Shown here: positions 60,321 to 64,000 of the stretch, piece after piece | Layout of the letters: every line of letters begins with the position of its first letter | Position numbering within the stretch: position 1 is the stretch's first letter | Source of the DNA: Bdellovibrionales bacterium | Lineage (GTDB): Bacteria > Bdellovibrionota > Bdellovibrionia > Bdellovibrionales > UBA1609 | Direction: 5' to 3' | DNA length: 64,000 nt | NCBI GenBank assembly: GCA_965237565.1 | Contig: OZ250145.1 | Location: 62,023 to 126,022, forward strand | The notes under the pieces: generated by a model | Database searches by the model: none | Seen by the model: only the letters and a program-made list of their open reading frames with translations | What the model was told of the DNA's origin: nothing | Position numbers and translations under genes: made by a program

Positions 60321-61010
60321 TTAACTATTTTCAAAATATCCATCTTTCATATTCAAAACTCTGGGGAAGGCCTTCGCAAATAGAGGATCATGACTGGCTG
60401 AAACGAAAGTAATGCCAAAACGGGCTCTTAACTCAAAAAAAATATCTAGCACATTCATGGAATTTTTTGCATCCAAATTCCCCGTAGGTTCATCGGCAAG
60501 AATGATTTCCGGTTCGTTCATAAGTGCACGAGCAATAGCCACTCTTTGTTGCTCCCCACCACTGAGCTCAGAGGGAAAATGATTTTTTCGTGTAGAAATT
60601 TCAAGCAGATCAATCAAATATTCAGCTCGTTTCTTAGATTCTCTGAAATTTTTTTTTGCAATTTGTCCAGCAATCATAATATTTTCCAAGGCACTAAATT
60701 CATTAAGCAAGTAGTGAAATTGAAAAATAAAGCCTATTTTTTTACTTCTAAATTCTGCCAACTCAGTATCGCTCAAAGCATTCAAATTTTTTCTATAATA
60801 AAAAATATATCCTTTCGTTGGACGATCTAAGGTTCCTAAGATATGCAGAAAGGTACTCTTCCCAACCCCCGAACCGCCAGTGATACAAATGGCCTCCTTT
60901 TTATTCACATTGAGATCAATCCTTTTCAACACTTCTACAGTGCTTTCCCCTTTTGTGAAATTTTTGCTCAGCGATCTCACCTTTAAAATGCCTAATTCAC
61001 TCACAAGCAA
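60321..61010 (-). CDS. lolD: Lipoprotein-release ABC ATPase LolD
   Basis: GGSGVGKST, GFIFQFHYLL.EFSALEN, LSGGEQQR, ADEPTGNLD. Confidence 0.93.
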   Translation of the reverse strand: MLVSELGILKVRSLSKNFTKGESTVEVLKRIDLNVNKKEAICITGGSGVGKSTFLHILGTLDRPTKGYIFYYRKNLNALSDTELAEFRSKKIGFIFQFHYLLNEFSALENIMIAGQIAKKNFRESKKRAEYLIDLLEISTRKNHFPSELSGGEQQRVAIARALMNEPEIILADEPTGNLDAKNSMNVLDIFFELRARFGITFVSASHDPLFAKAFPRVLNMKDGYFENS

Positions 61011-62211
61011 GACCTTCTGTTACAGAGAGCTTGAGAGCCCTCCAAGCTGGAAAAATACAAGAAAGAAAACAAATCACTTGAGAAGAAAGAAAAATAAAAA
61101 ACAAATCCAATACCCTTACGTCCGTAATGATCGTATTAATTTTGTATACATCGGATGGAATGAGTTGCCAAATATTTTGAACACCGACGAAAAGTTTTGA
61201 TAACAACCAGCCAGTACCAATGCCAACACTCGTTCCAATCAAACTGATAAAAACACCCTCTATTAAAACCAGTATAAAGATAAAAATGGAAGAAGCTCCC
61301 ATAGCTTTTAGAATGCTAATTTCTCTAATTTGATTGAGAACAGAAATAGATAAGTGAGAAGATACATTAAACGCTCCTGCCAAAACAAGAATCATCAAAA
61401 TAAAAAATATGAGGAACTTTTCTTGACGAACAGCGTGAAAATAACTCGCATGAACATTGGTGACAATACTTTGCCAATCACTCACTCTGTAATTCAATCC
61501 CAATCGTTGGGCCCATTCGAAACGTAAGTTCTCCGCTTGCTTCGAATTTTTGAGAAGGAAACGTAGCCCCGAAATGGCTATTGGTTGACCGATGAAATCT
61601 CTAGCTGTCTGAATATTTATGAGAATATGACGAGAATTAAATTCATGAAATCCAAAATCTAAGATCCCCTCCACACGAATGCTTTGGTGGTTGGATATGG
61701 AGCTTCCCGCAGAATTGATCTCAGGAGACACGAGTATGAAAGTATCTCCCAATTTGAGAGAAAATTTTTTGGCTAAACCTTTTCCGATGACTGCGGAATT
61801 TTTTTTAGTGAGCTCAAAATTTCCTGAAATCAAACGTTTTTTGATTTGCAAGGTTTGGTGGATTTTTGAGGAATCAATTCCCTCAACCAAAACTCCAGAT
61901 AAACGCCCATTGTATGTCAATAGAGCTTTTAGGGACAAAAAAGGAGCATAAGAAGAAATTTGATCTCTTTTTGCCTTTATTTTATTCAACAATTTTTTTT
62001 CAGTTGTTATTTTCTTAGACATCACAACCAAATGGCCTGTCATATCTACAATGGCCCGTTTCACTGTTGTCTCATAACCACTATAAACAGACATAACCAA
62101 CACTAGGCTTGCGGTCGCCAAGATGAGACTAAATATGCTCACAAGAGGGGTAAAACGAATAAAATGGCGACGAGAAAGAAAGAACCTTTTTATCCACAAA
62201 AGAAAATACAA
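60997..62211 (-). CDS. lolE: Lipoprotein-release ABC permease LolC/E
   Basis: FtsX/MacB-type topology, EISILKAMGA, DVY, IFPAWRA; upstream of lolD. Confidence 0.88.
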   Translation of the reverse strand: MYFLLWIKRFFLSRRHFIRFTPLVSIFSLILATASLVLVMSVYSGYETTVKRAIVDMTGHLVVMSKKITTEKKLLNKIKAKRDQISSYAPFLSLKALLTYNGRLSGVLVEGIDSSKIHQTLQIKKRLISGNFELTKKNSAVIGKGLAKKFSLKLGDTFILVSPEINSAGSSISNHQSIRVEGILDFGFHEFNSRHILINIQTARDFIGQPIAISGLRFLLKNSKQAENLRFEWAQRLGLNYRVSDWQSIVTNVHASYFHAVRQEKFLIFFILMILVLAGAFNVSSHLSISVLNQIREISILKAMGASSIFIFILVLIEGVFISLIGTSVGIGTGWLLSKLFVGVQNIWQLIPSDVYKINTIITDVRVLDLFFIFLSSQVICFLSCIFPAWRALKLSVTEGLACE

Positions 62212-62212
62212 T

Positions 62213-63326
62213 CTATTCCTCCTTAGTTTTTAGCCAAGTTGAAATCAAAGGATCCAAATGACCATTGAGTACAGACTCTACGTCTCTAATCTCTAGTTGC
62301 GTCCGATGGTCTTTGGCCATCTGATAAGGGTGCAAGATATAAGACCGAATTTGACTGCCCCATTCGTTGGCTTTCTTAGAGGATTCCACGGATTGTTTCT
62401 CTTTTTTTCTTTTTTCTTCCTCCTTGTTGTAAAGAGCTGCCTTTAACATTTTCATTGCCTGATGACGGTTGGAATGCTGGCTTCGTTGGTTTTGGCATTG
62501 GACAACAACATTCGTGGGCAGGTGTGTGATTCGTATGGCACTATTTGTTTTGTTCACATGTTGCCCACCGGCTCCACTGGCACGATAGGTGTCCACTCGA
62601 AGATCTTCTTCCTTGATCTCCACTTTAATGTTGTCCTCCAATTCCGGCCAAGAAAACACACTGGCAAAACTTGTATGGCGACGAGAATTGGCATCAAAGG
62701 GACTGATACGAACCAAGCGATGCACACCCGTTTCCGATTGCAAATAACCATATGCAAAAATGCCTTTAACCAGAAAACTAGTTGAACGAATACCAGCTTC
62801 TTCCGACTCACTCACAAATAAAATATCCACAGCAAATTTTTTTTGCTCCGCCCACTTGAAATACATTCTTTGAAGGATTTGCGCCCAATCAGCCGCTTCC
62901 GTTCCCCCGGCACCTGCATGGATAGAAACATAGCAATTATTTTTATCATGAGGACCATTTAAGAGATGCTTTAATTCCAAAGCTCTTAACTGCTCAGTCA
63001 GCTCAAAGTATTCCTTTTTCAATTCAGAAAAAGCTTGGTCGTTTGGTTCTTCTTCTAAGAGTGCAATTAGAATGGCACTTTCTTCAAGTTTTTCATCGAG
63101 AGCTGTCCACTCTATAAGAATTTTTTCGATTGAAGTTTTCTCTTTTGCCAGTCGATTTAATTTTTGATGATCTTTCCATGTAGAGGAATCTTGGCTCTTT
63201 TGTTCCAATTCTTTGAGCCGAGATTTTTGGGCATCCAGATCAAAGATACCTCCATAAATCACTCAATTTCTTCTGATCCTTCTTCAATTGGATCTTCAAT
63301 TCATGAATTTCTGTTTCAATCCTCAT
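62213..63326 (-). CDS. prfB: Peptide chain release factor 2, translated via programmed +1 frameshift (~370 aa)
   Basis: 28-codon upstream frame MRIETEIH...LWRYL from ATG 63326 ends in CTT TGA. Main frame has GAGGTEA, SPF and GGQ. Confidence 0.97.
63240..63253 (-). promoter_or_regulatory. prfB +1 frameshift signal
   Basis: GGAGG-TAT-CTT-TGA: internal SD plus slippery CUU UGA. Confidence 0.95.
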
Positions 63327-63435
63327 TGGTACTCTCCATATTTGATGTTTGTTTTTTCGTCAACATTTTTACATGCACCAAAAAAAGCAAATGATTCCCC
63401 AGTTTTCTTTCTGACTGATTTTGCCTCGTGATCTT

Positions 63436-63843
63436 TCAATTCCCATGCAGTCTTTCAAACACGTCATCTTGAAGATGATACATAACTTCAGCAGAAGGAC
63501 CACCTTTTTCATGCTCAAAACCAAGCAAATGCAAAATCCCATGCAAAATGAGATAGTGGAGCGGATGAGAATGAATCGCTGACAAGCAAATGGCCAGCTC
63601 ACCAAGGGAAGAACTTTCAACAGGTGCGAAACTCAAAATATCTGTTACAGAATTTTTCTTTCTAAATTCTTTATTCAAGCTCCTAATATGTCTCTCACTA
63701 ATAAAGGCCAAAATGAGTTTTTTTTTCAAAAGTCGGGGCCGAATTTTTTTCCTGCTCAATTCAGTGGAGACTTTTTTTACCCATGAAGCCAAATCCTTCT
63801 CATCAATGGTTTCGCCAGACTGATTTACAATTTCCAGCTTCAC
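63436..63843 (-). CDS. ybeY: rRNA maturation RNase YbeY
   Basis: LNKEFRKKNSVTDILSF, LGELAI, HGILHLLGFEH; likely GTG 63843 with GGAG RBS. Confidence 0.9.
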   Translation of the reverse strand: MKLEIVNQSGETIDEKDLASWVKKVSTELSRKKIRPRLLKKKLILAFISERHIRSLNKEFRKKNSVTDILSFAPVESSSLGELAICLSAIHSHPLHYLILHGILHLLGFEHEKGGPSAEVMYHLQDDVFERLHGN

Positions 63844-64000
63844 GCTGGGTTCTCCCAGTTGCTTGTTTTTATCTTTAAAATGCTTATGCATTCGCTAGCC
63901 TGTGGCAATCGAAGCCAAAGGGCCAAACGAAAATAAAAGAAGATAGAAGAAAATATCACAAGAAATAGCGTGACTGCCTTAGCTATATCTTCGTTCATAG

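Noticed and set aside
62213-63326. prfB as a frameshifted pseudogene
   Set aside because: The break is the canonical programmed CTT-TGA site.
63840-64000. Short minus-strand hydrophobic frame ending on the ybeY start
   Set aside because: Cut by the window edge; the product cannot be identified.

Overview
AT-rich, densely packed bacterial chromosome segment, most consistent with a Bdellovibrionota (Bdellovibrionales-like) genome. This is inferred from the myxobacterial-type Ser/Thr kinase, the pilB-pilT-pilC-pilS-pilR block, a CdgA-like degenerate GGDEF protein and mevalonate genes. From left to right it holds: two large prepilin-like Cys-rich proteins (one >820 aa, absent from the ORF track because it runs off the left edge), a lipoprotein and a PEGA Ser/Thr kinase; coaE-addB-addA; a His-less kinase plus degenerate GGDEF, alr, purH and a TPR protein; greA, nrnA, metG; a mevalonate cluster behind rpmI-rplT; an inverted alpha operon; the S10-spc operons; tRNA-Arg(CCG); the type IV pilus core; and ribF-fabZ-skp-bamA-lolDE-prfB-ybeY. 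I saw no CRISPR array, rRNA, transposase or integrase. The most unusual signals are in core machinery. RNA polymerase alpha has a ~180 aa tail containing a perfect (TQTP)8 repeat. Ribosomal protein uL29 is extended and ends in an FtsY/MinD-like amphipathic motif, while rplX, rpsN and rpsD are absent from their usual positions. AddA lacks its nuclease domain, and the lpx genes are absent from the bamA-skp-fabZ locus. All calls come from reading motifs by eye; no database searches were run.
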